Virus record (IMG/VR): IMGVR_UViG_3300035661_000037
Coordinates: 18,712 to 82,711 of that record
Source: a virus
Strand: one strand, 5' to 3'
Length of the DNA: 64,000 nt
This document shows, in pieces, positions 18,376-27,400 of this stretch (its first letter is position 1; each line of letters begins with the position of its first letter). The position numbers and the translations under genes were made by a program. The notes under the pieces were generated by a model that worked only from the letters and a program-made list of their open reading frames with translations, made no database searches and was not told where the DNA came from.

Positions 18376-18668
18376 GCTGCCCCCATTATAGCTTTATTGG
18401 TCAAGTCCATCATCGTAGTATCGGCAGCACATTCACGATATTGTACTTCTGTATTAATTTTCTCAAGAGTTTTATTATATATCGTCTTGTTCTCAACTTT
18501 TATCTTAGCTATCTCAGTTGCCGCCGAAGCCGCTGCAACGTCTCGAACACGCTCTAGTTTTAGGTCTACACTGTCTTCGTAAAGTCCTCTTGTGTACCAT
18601 CCAGAGGCTACTAGAAGGAGTATCAAAGCTAACCCTAGCACATATTTTATTTGCTCGGTCACGATCAA
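18366..18668 (-). CDS. i-spanin (Rz)-like protein
   Basis: N-terminal TM, coiled coil, QYREC near the C-terminus. Confidence 0.7.
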   Translation of the reverse strand: MIVTEQIKYVLGLALILLLVASGWYTRGLYEDSVDLKLERVRDVAAASAATEIAKIKVENKTIYNKTLEKINTEVQYRECAADTTMMDLTNKAIMGAAWK

Positions 18669-19009
18669 CCTTTTGGATTATTGCCTTCAGAATCGAAAGC
18701 ATAGCCGACAGCTATAAACATACCCGCCATTAGTAGAGCTTCTATATTTATAGAGTTGCTATTAGCAAATTGTTGCCACAATACTTGAGGATTTACCCAA
18801 TCACCAATACCGGCCTGACATGTCAGAAGTGTTGAGCCGAATATACCGAATAATTTAGCACCCTGCTTCTTTTTATCACCGAATACAAGATATGTAAAGA
18901 ATGAAACCCCAGTGCGCTTTGAGCTTCTTAAATTAAACCAGTGGCGTAGTACGCCAATGTACTGTAGAGCTAGAACAATCAGAAACGATACTATACTTAT
19001 GTCTTTCAT
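18665..19009 (-). CDS. putative holin
   Basis: 2-3 hydrophobic helices; lies between endolysin and spanins. Confidence 0.55.
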   Translation of the reverse strand: MKDISIVSFLIVLALQYIGVLRHWFNLRSSKRTGVSFFTYLVFGDKKKQGAKLFGIFGSTLLTCQAGIGDWVNPQVLWQQFANSNSINIEALLMAGMFIAVGYAFDSEGNNPKG

Positions 19010-19452
19010 TTTGGCAAACCTTCCACAGTCCAATAAATATGCTCACCACGACTAGCAGCTTGCTCCATTTTCTCATAGAGCGCATCCCGTGCAGTACGAC
19101 TTCCTGACACCTCGCCATGAGTTTCGTCTCGTTCTTTGCCTGTTATAAGGCAGCCTTCTGTATCGTGGGAAGTATTCCCTGGATGAATCCGAATACCAGC
19201 ATACCCCGCAACATTAGTAACCTCCCACATCAACTGAGACCACCTACCACTCCAAGTTTTCTTGACTTCATAAGTACCTACAGGGATTGCAGTCTCATTC
19301 TTAACCTTCCACTGAGCAACGGGGGTACCTGTAATTTCCCTGACCGTATCTTCAAGAATATATGGGCAGCCTTTAAACCACACATCATCTATAAATAGTT
19401 TACTTAGTGTGAAGTCTTGTCCAAAGTTATAGCGGGTTTGAGTAATTTTCAT
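19006..19452 (-). CDS. putative endolysin (DUF5675-like)
   Basis: TAIPVGTY and GIRIHPGNTSHDTEGCL; first gene of the lysis cassette. Confidence 0.75.
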   Translation of the reverse strand: MKITQTRYNFGQDFTLSKLFIDDVWFKGCPYILEDTVREITGTPVAQWKVKNETAIPVGTYEVKKTWSGRWSQLMWEVTNVAGYAGIRIHPGNTSHDTEGCLITGKERDETHGEVSGSRTARDALYEKMEQAASRGEHIYWTVEGLPK

Positions 19453-19555
19453 TTTTTTTGTCACAATGTGATTTATCGAAAGGGGTGAGTCAATTTTTGC
19501 GGAACTACTGTGAAAACCAGTGGATCCATACTTATGTCTGAAATTATTATATTTG

Positions 19556-20050
19556 TTACCATACCACAGCTTGAACCGCTGCCGCTGTTGTAGCTTCATT
19601 TATGGTAGTCACCAGATCAAGCAACTTCGCGGATAAGGATTGATAAGTAGTTGCACCATCAACTAAAACCTGCTTGATTTGCGCTGCTGTGTGTAGGGGT
19701 CTGCTCCAAACTCCGGCAGTATCTTTAGCCCAGAACTTAACAGGAAGTCCTGAAGCAACCGCACCAATTAAATTAGTTTGGTCGTTGTGTTTGCTTGGAT
19801 AAGTGTAACCTGCACCAAGGGCGATTGATGTAAAACCTGAGAGAATTTCAGCCCCACACGCGGCTGTCAAGATTGCTATCTGTGTAGCTTTGATATCATC
19901 CAGTGTTGGAACGTCAACGGGTATTGGTATGTAGCCGTCTGATAGCAAAGTAAGGTATTCTCGGTAATCACTATTCGCTGGGTCAGTTGGAATGCTTGCG
20001 TTATCTGATAGACGGGTGATTGTTGTTGAGTTTTGGTTTAGCTTGTACAT
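19556..20050 (-). CDS. tail fibre assembly/chaperone protein (DUF4376-like)
   Basis: IPTDPANSDYREYL; YPS...DQTNL; HTAAQIKQV. Confidence 0.75.
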   Translation of the reverse strand: MYKLNQNSTTITRLSDNASIPTDPANSDYREYLTLLSDGYIPIPVDVPTLDDIKATQIAILTAACGAEILSGFTSIALGAGYTYPSKHNDQTNLIGAVASGLPVKFWAKDTAGVWSRPLHTAAQIKQVLVDGATTYQSLSAKLLDLVTTINEATTAAAVQAVVW

Positions 20051-20059
20051 GATGTGTCC

Positions 20060-21232
20060 TTATAGTTCCGAAGACGCGTCCCAATCAAAGTCGTTTGTGG
20101 ACTGATTTGGACCGGACCCTGCGGCCGCGACAATAAAGCTAAACTGAGATATTGTAGCAGATATACCAGATACTGCTGGCGCAGACCCTGCGACATTGAT
20201 AACATTAGCGGTTCCCGCCCTCCACACCCTAACTGTAGGCGCCGCTCTTTTTACAACCTTATATGATTGGAAAAAATTGTTAATAGCCCCAAGAGTATAC
20301 GACCCACTTGAAAAACCCGCCGCCGCTGCTTGCAAATAAGTATTTGTACCAGATGTTTCATAATATCTCTGACACAAAGTAAGCTCTAACCCATAAGGTC
20401 GTTGCTCAAATGTAGTAGCAAGAGGCCCCGCTTCAATCTGCACCCCTGTTAGATAAAAAGTCGCTCCAGAAGTTCCGACAATAGATACGCACCCAGAAGA
20501 ACCCTGCCAGTTATTAGTTGACCACGAACCAGAAGTACCAGTATTACCGGAACCAATCCCAAGACCGAAACGTAATTGAAGCCCAACACCTGTAGATGAG
20601 TCATAAGCAGTAGCACCAGTATCGCCCGGAATAGTTATTGTTTTAAACTCCCAAGTGTTAGCCGCCGATATTGTATATGCTTGCGGGTAGCTCCTAACGT
20701 TACCACTAGAGCTACCCCCTACTAATGCAAAGCTATGGGAGCCTGTTATGCTGGAATAAACCCAAAATGATACAGTTACGGTTTTAGCACCAGATGTACC
20801 GAAAGCTAAATCTGCTATGGCATACCCCTCTACTGGCTGCTTAACCAAAAAAATGTCTGATGATATGACGCTGTAACTTGACAGCGATGTCATCCCCATA
20901 TATTTTGAGAACCCCACAGGAGGGGTTACTGCACCAGCATTCTGCCCTATTTTAAATTTACTAGCAGTGGTTAGAGTAGCTTGCCACCTGTCAAGGTAAT
21001 ATGCTGACGATACGGCGGGGTTAATCTCTACCCCAGAATTCCTCTGGTCAATAACCATACCAGCATTAATAACCTTATTCCGAAACCCAAACAATTGAGA
21101 GCCTGCTATGGCTTGGGTTTGCGAAGTCGCTGCTGCTACTGAGAATTGTTTAGTAGTATCCCCACTAAAGTTAGCATCCAACTCATCCCAAGTAAGGTTA
21201 GAGCCTTTTACTGCGCGTGATGTTACTGCCAT
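20060..21232 (-). CDS. secondary tail fibre / receptor-binding protein
   Basis: N-terminal RAVKGSNLTWDELDANF; RNKVINAGMVIDQR and ATTFEQRPYGLELTLCQRYY fibre module. Confidence 0.8.
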   Translation of the reverse strand: MAVTSRAVKGSNLTWDELDANFSGDTTKQFSVAAATSQTQAIAGSQLFGFRNKVINAGMVIDQRNSGVEINPAVSSAYYLDRWQATLTTASKFKIGQNAGAVTPPVGFSKYMGMTSLSSYSVISSDIFLVKQPVEGYAIADLAFGTSGAKTVTVSFWVYSSITGSHSFALVGGSSSGNVRSYPQAYTISAANTWEFKTITIPGDTGATAYDSSTGVGLQLRFGLGIGSGNTGTSGSWSTNNWQGSSGCVSIVGTSGATFYLTGVQIEAGPLATTFEQRPYGLELTLCQRYYETSGTNTYLQAAAAGFSSGSYTLGAINNFFQSYKVVKRAAPTVRVWRAGTANVINVAGSAPAVSGISATISQFSFIVAAAGSGPNQSTNDFDWDASSEL

Positions 21233-21243
21233 AGTTATCTTTC

Positions 21244-21272
21244 TTTACAATTATAATTACATTGTGTATAAT
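21244..21272 (+). promoter_or_regulatory. promoter antisense to the tail fibre gene
   Basis: TTTACA-17-TATAAT, then a G-rich RBS and ATG at 21296. Confidence 0.5.
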
Positions 21273-21304
21273 GTGTACTCTTACAGGGGGTGTCTATGAA
21301 AACT

Positions 21305-22927
21305 TTAGTATGTATAAGATATCCCGACATTCCCAGAAAGGGCCACTGACCCAGCAAGCGTAGTTATCGTGATCGATGATAATTCACCTACGTCTGGCGA
21401 TTTTCCGACATAGCGATCAATGTACAAAGTTCCAGTGCTGGTTACTTTGGTTCCATTCATCTGCCACGTACCATCAAATGTATTTTTTTCTAGTATCATC
21501 ATTCCATGCCAAGTAAAGCCAGTACCACAGAGCATATTAAACCCATTTGTAGCAGTTTCGTTAGCGACACCTATAATTTCCCAAACCGAGAAATACCCAC
21601 TAGTTACCCCATTCAGCCTGATTCTGTAACTAGTGTCAACGCCAGACGCAGTAAGCCCTGAGAAGGACAATGCGACCTTCTTCGGCCCTAAGCCTGACTC
21701 TGAGTTAACAGAAAGAGAGAACTGTACAGATGCACTGCCACCAAGCGGCCCTGAAGTGTATCGCGTGCTGGGGTTAGTACCAGAGTAAACACGCTGATTG
21801 CCATCAAATATTGGACCAGCTTTTATTGACCCATCAGACGATCTGATGGTGACGTTTGCAGACGAATAAATGGTATTATCGCCGCCAGCCTTGTTATTCC
21901 AGCAAGTCTGATAGTAGGCCGTATCGGTTCTGTTTGGGATGGATATTACGCCACTTGCAGTAGTGGCAGTAGTAGCAGTAGTAGCATTACCGCCAATGCT
22001 TAACCCTGCTGCTGTACCAGTAAAATTAGTACCAACCAATGCTGGCGTGTCGTTTGCATAAACTGCGTCACCATCTGAAATGGCAGTGTTCAACTGCGCT
22101 TTAGTAAACGATCCGAGAATAGTAGCATTGCCTGTAGAGGTTACATGCCCTGTCAAGTTAGCATTAGTCACCACCGTCGCAGCGTTACCTACCGAAGTCA
22201 CGCCACCCGTCAAGTTAGCATTAGTAACTACAGTAGCCGCATTACCGACCGAAGTCACGCCACCAGTTAAGTTAGCATTGGTCACCACAGTCGCTGCATT
22301 ACCAACCGAAGTCACGCCCCCCGTCAAGTTAGCATTTGTTGTTACCGTAGCTGCTCTACCAGAAGTGCTTATAGCCCAAGTAGTTGTCAAACCACTTAGA
22401 TATGCCTCCATCGTTGTTTTAATGTTCGCCCACGTAGTGCTTCTGAGCAACGTACTAACCGTGTCCCACATACCAAACTTATCGGTATCTACTGGGGTAG
22501 TCTTGCCAGTAGCGGCAGCAATATCGGCAGCAATATCGGCAGGGGCGGCTGACAAACTTATCTGCCATGTTCCGATAGTACCGCTTCCGCGAGAACTTTT
22601 ACTACTTACAACAAGAGATGTTCCGCTGTAAGTAGTAACCTGTACCACCATTGAGTTTGTAGCTGGGGCGGTGGTGTCAGCAAAAACTAAGTACATACCA
22701 GGCAGGAAAGATTTACCCGCTGTCACCACAAATGTTTTGGTCCCCAAACCTATTAAAACGCTAGACGAACTTGAGTCCGTCGTGCTGTTTAAATCTAAGG
22801 CCGCTGCGGTAGCGTTAAGCTCCGACTGAAATACAGGAAGCGCACCTAAGAACGCATCTGCCGCAGTTACAAACGCCTCACTGGTCATTGATCTTGCTGG
22901 CGGTGTTGGTAGTGGTGTAATTGCCAT
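21305..22927 (-). CDS. tail fibre protein with four 19-aa repeats
   Basis: N-terminal ITPLPTPP...AADAFLGAL anchor; TNANLTGGVTSVGNAATVV repeats. Confidence 0.8.
   Translation of the reverse strand: MAITPLPTPPARSMTSEAFVTAADAFLGALPVFQSELNATAAALDLNSTTDSSSSSVLIGLGTKTFVVTAGKSFLPGMYLVFADTTAPATNSMVVQVTTYSGTSLVVSSKSSRGSGTIGTWQISLSAAPADIAADIAAATGKTTPVDTDKFGMWDTVSTLLRSTTWANIKTTMEAYLSGLTTTWAISTSGRAATVTTNANLTGGVTSVGNAATVVTNANLTGGVTSVGNAATVVTNANLTGGVTSVGNAATVVTNANLTGHVTSTGNATILGSFTKAQLNTAISDGDAVYANDTPALVGTNFTGTAAGLSIGGNATTATTATTASGVISIPNRTDTAYYQTCWNNKAGGDNTIYSSANVTIRSSDGSIKAGPIFDGNQRVYSGTNPSTRYTSGPLGGSASVQFSLSVNSESGLGPKKVALSFSGLTASGVDTSYRIRLNGVTSGYFSVWEIIGVANETATNGFNMLCGTGFTWHGMMILEKNTFDGTWQMNGTKVTSTGTLYIDRYVGKSPDVGELSSITITTLAGSVALSGNVGISYTY
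22123..22350 (-). repeat. 57-bp coding tandem repeat x4
   Basis: 57-nt period with synonymous divergence between copies. Confidence 0.9.
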
Positions 22928-22969
22928 ATAGCCCTCTTAAATTACCTACTATATATCATGTATATTTTA

Positions 22970-24427
22970 TTATGTCAAGCCTTCTATTTCCAAAGAGCAT
23001 ATTGAAAGAGTCGGATAACTTATATCCACGCTAAAATCTTTGTAAAATCCATATATTATACTAGATTGATAATCATCTGCCCCAATGTACACGCATGGGG
23101 TAGCTCTGTATTTTGAAAGGATAGCTACTGTAGGGTCTACGGAAGAAGCTGGCATTTGCACAGTAAATGTACCTCGCCTACTAAAAGATCTTTCTAGTAC
23201 ACTATAGTTTCCAAAATCGTCTCGTTGTTTTACAGAATAATCAACGATACCGACACTAGCCCCATATTGAGTAAGACCAAGGTCTCTTACGGTGCCTAAC
23301 ACTACTCCGCCGCACTTAGCATTGTTACCATCACTTCTTATTTCGATAGTTATTAATAAGTTTGCATATAGCGGGAGAGACGATGTGTACCAGTAGGATC
23401 TGAAATTTATAGGTTCAAAAAAGTATGTGTACCAGTCGCTAACTGTAGATGTGTCAATCAAAGAATTTGTTATCGGGCCATACACCAGCCCTTCAATTGA
23501 GTCATAGGCCGATATAGTGACCGTCCCTGCCTCAACGTTAAGCAGCGCTACAGAATCAATTCTACCGGTAGTTTGTACAGAGAACTCAATAGAGTTTGCA
23601 TTTATGGAAGATGATGTAATAGAATCGTCGAAGACTCTCCATCTATTATTATCCTTTAGGTCTAGCCATTTAGATGCGTTTTTATGTGGTGTAAACCCTA
23701 TATTAGACGAGGTTAGAGACTGGTAAGTCTTATGATATTGTACGGCAGCATAAAATGTACCTGTACCGCTACTGGTCGTAACAACCCCTCCACCACCCGA
23801 TGATAGGGCTACTTGGAAGCTATCAGTGGAAACCGCAGTAATGTAGTAAGATACCCCCGCAGACAGTCCTGTAGGCATAGACCCAGTAGAGTATAATGTA
23901 ACCCTATCGTCATCTAAAAACCCATGGCCTACCCAAGTAATATTGGCGCCACCTACAAAAGCAGTCTCTACATACCCACTCACTACATACCCGTCTACAA
24001 CGTAAGATGTGTAAGATAGCGATATACCAACAACAGAAGACACTGGGGATAACAGTGAGAACAATGAATGTATCCCCGATTGAGTGCCACTAGTAGCTAT
24101 TGCGGCACCACCAGAAGTAAGGCTAATTTGTAAAGTATTAGTGGCAGCGTTCACAACGTAGTATATTATATTAGCAGATATTCCAGTTGGTAATACTCCA
24201 GTAGTTCTAAATACTATGGGGGTATTGTTAGGGAGGCTATGCGTAGTTGAAGTTACTACCGTAGGGCTTCCTATAGATATAGTAGCAGATAATAGTTTGT
24301 TGGCTACAGTTACATACTCCCCAGATCCGTATGTCGTACTAGACAGCCAGACAGGATAATCGTCCTCTGGTATGTTACACGACACTAAAGATTGGTCAGT
24401 TATTTTGAATGGGCGTATAATCTTCAT
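22970..24427 (-). CDS. tail tip/distal tail protein with two inserted beta domains
   Basis: Directly follows the tape measure gene; WLDL..NNRWRVFD; GIVDYSVKQRDDFGN. Confidence 0.7.
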   Translation of the reverse strand: MKIIRPFKITDQSLVSCNIPEDDYPVWLSSTTYGSGEYVTVANKLLSATISIGSPTVVTSTTHSLPNNTPIVFRTTGVLPTGISANIIYYVVNAATNTLQISLTSGGAAIATSGTQSGIHSLFSLLSPVSSVVGISLSYTSYVVDGYVVSGYVETAFVGGANITWVGHGFLDDDRVTLYSTGSMPTGLSAGVSYYITAVSTDSFQVALSSGGGGVVTTSSGTGTFYAAVQYHKTYQSLTSSNIGFTPHKNASKWLDLKDNNRWRVFDDSITSSSINANSIEFSVQTTGRIDSVALLNVEAGTVTISAYDSIEGLVYGPITNSLIDTSTVSDWYTYFFEPINFRSYWYTSSLPLYANLLITIEIRSDGNNAKCGGVVLGTVRDLGLTQYGASVGIVDYSVKQRDDFGNYSVLERSFSRRGTFTVQMPASSVDPTVAILSKYRATPCVYIGADDYQSSIIYGFYKDFSVDISYPTLSICSLEIEGLT

Positions 24428-24440
24428 AGGTAACCTTTAA

Positions 24441-27400
24441 TTAGGCAGAAACAAGTCTTGTTTCTGGTAAACCGTCACTATCAAACTGCTTCAATAATTT
24501 AGCGGTTATTTTTGTATTTTGTACTAGCGGTATGCCTATAGCACGTAGCTCTTCTCGTAACGCCTCAAGTAAGTTATTTGTTTCAGCCCGCTCACCACGC
24601 TCTTTATCAACATACACGCGCGGGGTTACCTGCTCCCCTTGGTGTAGTTGTGCCATCATATCTGTAGGGATATAGTTTGACCCTACAGCGAAACTAGGTA
24701 CTGGTGGGACTGCTATGACAGTCGTACTTAATAAACCAAGCGATGTTACTAGTGTAGCTATGTTATTAGCTGTTGCGGCTGTGTTGGTGGTTATAGATTT
24801 AAGAAATGTGTTTGACGCTAGTGTAGCAGATAGTGTCGCATCAGCGGAGCTTACAGTAGCCTCGATACCACTCGCGGTTGCTTCAAGCGCATTTTTAACA
24901 TATGCAGTGGCCCTGTCAACATCAGACTGTGTTCTAGCCCCAGCTGTAGCCGCTGCTATATAACCAGTGGCGGCATTACTGAGCTTTCCTTGAGCAGACG
25001 TATCTCCGCTAGCAGCTAACGTATTAATAACGTCGAAACTCTCGAGCAAGCTAGATACTGTAGATCTACCCAACGAGGCTATTAATTCTCTGATAGATAC
25101 AGCAACAGCCTTGAGACTATCAGATGCAGATTTGGATGCGTCATAGGCAGTCTGAGCAGATGCAACTTTGGCATCTGTTTCAGCTTTTATAGCCGCTGCA
25201 GAACTTTCCAACGCTGTTTTCTGCTTATCTACAGCGGCGATGTATGCCTGTATAGCCGGTTGGTTATTTAAAATTGCGCTGCGCTGATCTTCGTTAGATG
25301 ATTGCAGCAAATCCCACCAGCTCTGGGTAGTTGTTAGCAGGTCTAGGTTTGTAAACCCTAGTTGCTTCAACGCGTTTGTAGTATTCGACACTACAACGTC
25401 TAATGGGGCGAAGCCATCTGTGAACGATTTTACCAAACTAGCTAACGCATCCGCTGCGGTAGCGGATGCTGCTGCGGCATCTGAGGTAGCTTGAGTCTGC
25501 TTATCTATAGCGGCGATGTATGCCTGTATGGCAGGTTGGTTATTTAAAATTGCGTTGCGCTGATCTTCATTTGATGATTGCAGCAAATCCCACCAGCTCT
25601 GGGTAGTTGTTAGTAGGTCTAGGTTTGTAAACCCTAATTGCTTCAGCGCGTCTGTAGTATTCGACACTACAACGTCTAGTGGGGCGAAGCCGTCTGTGAA
25701 CGATTTTATCAAACCAGCTAGCGCATCCGCTGCGGCGGCCGAAGCTGCAGTCGCCTGTGAGGTAGCTTGCGTCTGCATAGTCGTGGCGGATATATAGGCT
25801 TGTATCGCAGGGATATTATTTAGTATAGCAACTAATTGGTCGTCAGTGGCCATCTGTTGAAACGCCCACCACTGCTCAGTTGTGGTTAACGTTTCTAAGT
25901 TAGTAAACCCAAGAGCTTGTAGCGCACTAGTGGCATTAGCGAGAGTAACGTCTAACGGTGCAAAACCATCTAAGAATGCCCTATACTTACTTGTAGCGGA
26001 TGCTATACCCCCTAGTTTTTGCGTTAGCGCATCAGCACGTTCGGCGGTAATGTTTGCTTCTCTGCCAAGAGACTTGAAAAAATAGTTTAGGTTATCTACT
26101 TCTTGTGCAACCCTAACAACTGTCTGGAAAAGCCCTTCTCCAGCCAATTGAAAATGTACAAATGATGGGAATAACTCAGCCGCTAATAGGTCTGCGTCCT
26201 TACTTATAGCGGCGTTAAGTGCCTTTATCTTACCTTCTGCACTAAGCCCCTCTAAGCTAAGTTTTCCAATAGAAGTTTGAAATTTATTTATAGTATCTGT
26301 GACACCGGATCCATCTTGTCCAAAACTAACCGCCAATGTAGTTAGCGAGTCCGCTATATTTGAGTATATGCTACCAATAGCTTCAGCTAGCCCGCCAGTA
26401 ACGTTTGAGGTATTAGTAAATGTAGTGTCGTTTGATCGCAGACCTCCAAGTGACTGCGTTGTTGTTATTCCAGAAACATATTGCGATATACCATTTCCAG
26501 CTCGTAATGCCTCAATTGTACCTTGGATTATCAGACCTGTATCACTGACTTTAGACTTCGATGAGCCAAGTAAAAAATCGGTTATTTTCCCTGCTAGTTT
26601 AGGCCCCCCAAAGAATTCTGCTAGACCAAATGTTATTATATCTAGCCCAGCTCTAAACCCTTGGTCGACCGTAGTTTGCAGAGTAAGATCAAACTCACTT
26701 TTTCCGTCAGCGTACCTCCCAGTAGATGCTCTAGGTACATTTAGATTTTTCGCTATATCTCCCCCCAAAGTTATAGCTGCTATGGCAATAAACCCAGCCG
26801 TAGAAGCCTCTATAGATTTCAAACTTTTAGCCATGCTTGCCGAGTACTTGCTGGTAACTAACGTATTTTCTTGCAAACTAGTAAGTGAGTTTGATATAGA
26901 CATTGACTGCTCAGTAAGACTGCCTAGCACAGTCCCTGTACCTTGTAGTTTTTGGACTTCGCTAGCAGTAACGGATGCTATCTCAGCCACTGAGGCAGAA
27001 CTAGATAATAAATTAGACGCAATACCTATACCCAATGTAACAAGGTCTGTACCGCTTATATCCTTACCATTTACAATGCTTGTAACAGCACTGCTAAGGG
27101 ACGTATTTATGGCTGCAGATAATGCTTTGCCGAAGTTATTAACAATGTTAGTAAGTATATCGGTACCAGGCGTAAGTACCCCCGTAAAAAGTGCGGATGA
27201 TATTTTGGCTACGTTGGCTTGGAATTTTGCCAATTCTAGCTCACTTGGTAAAAGAGTAGATCTATTCTCAGACGCATTAGCAGCGGCTATCAGTGCCTTA
27301 TCTCTAGCAGCTTTCTGGTCGTCCCCTCTAAACTTAGGATTATTTACAATATCTAATAATTCTTTTTCTAGTGCTACAGCTTCCTTGCGGAGTGCTAATG

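Noticed and set aside
20060-22927. Diversity-generating retroelement acting on the fibres
   Set aside because: No reverse transcriptase and no TR/VR pair differing at adenines was seen
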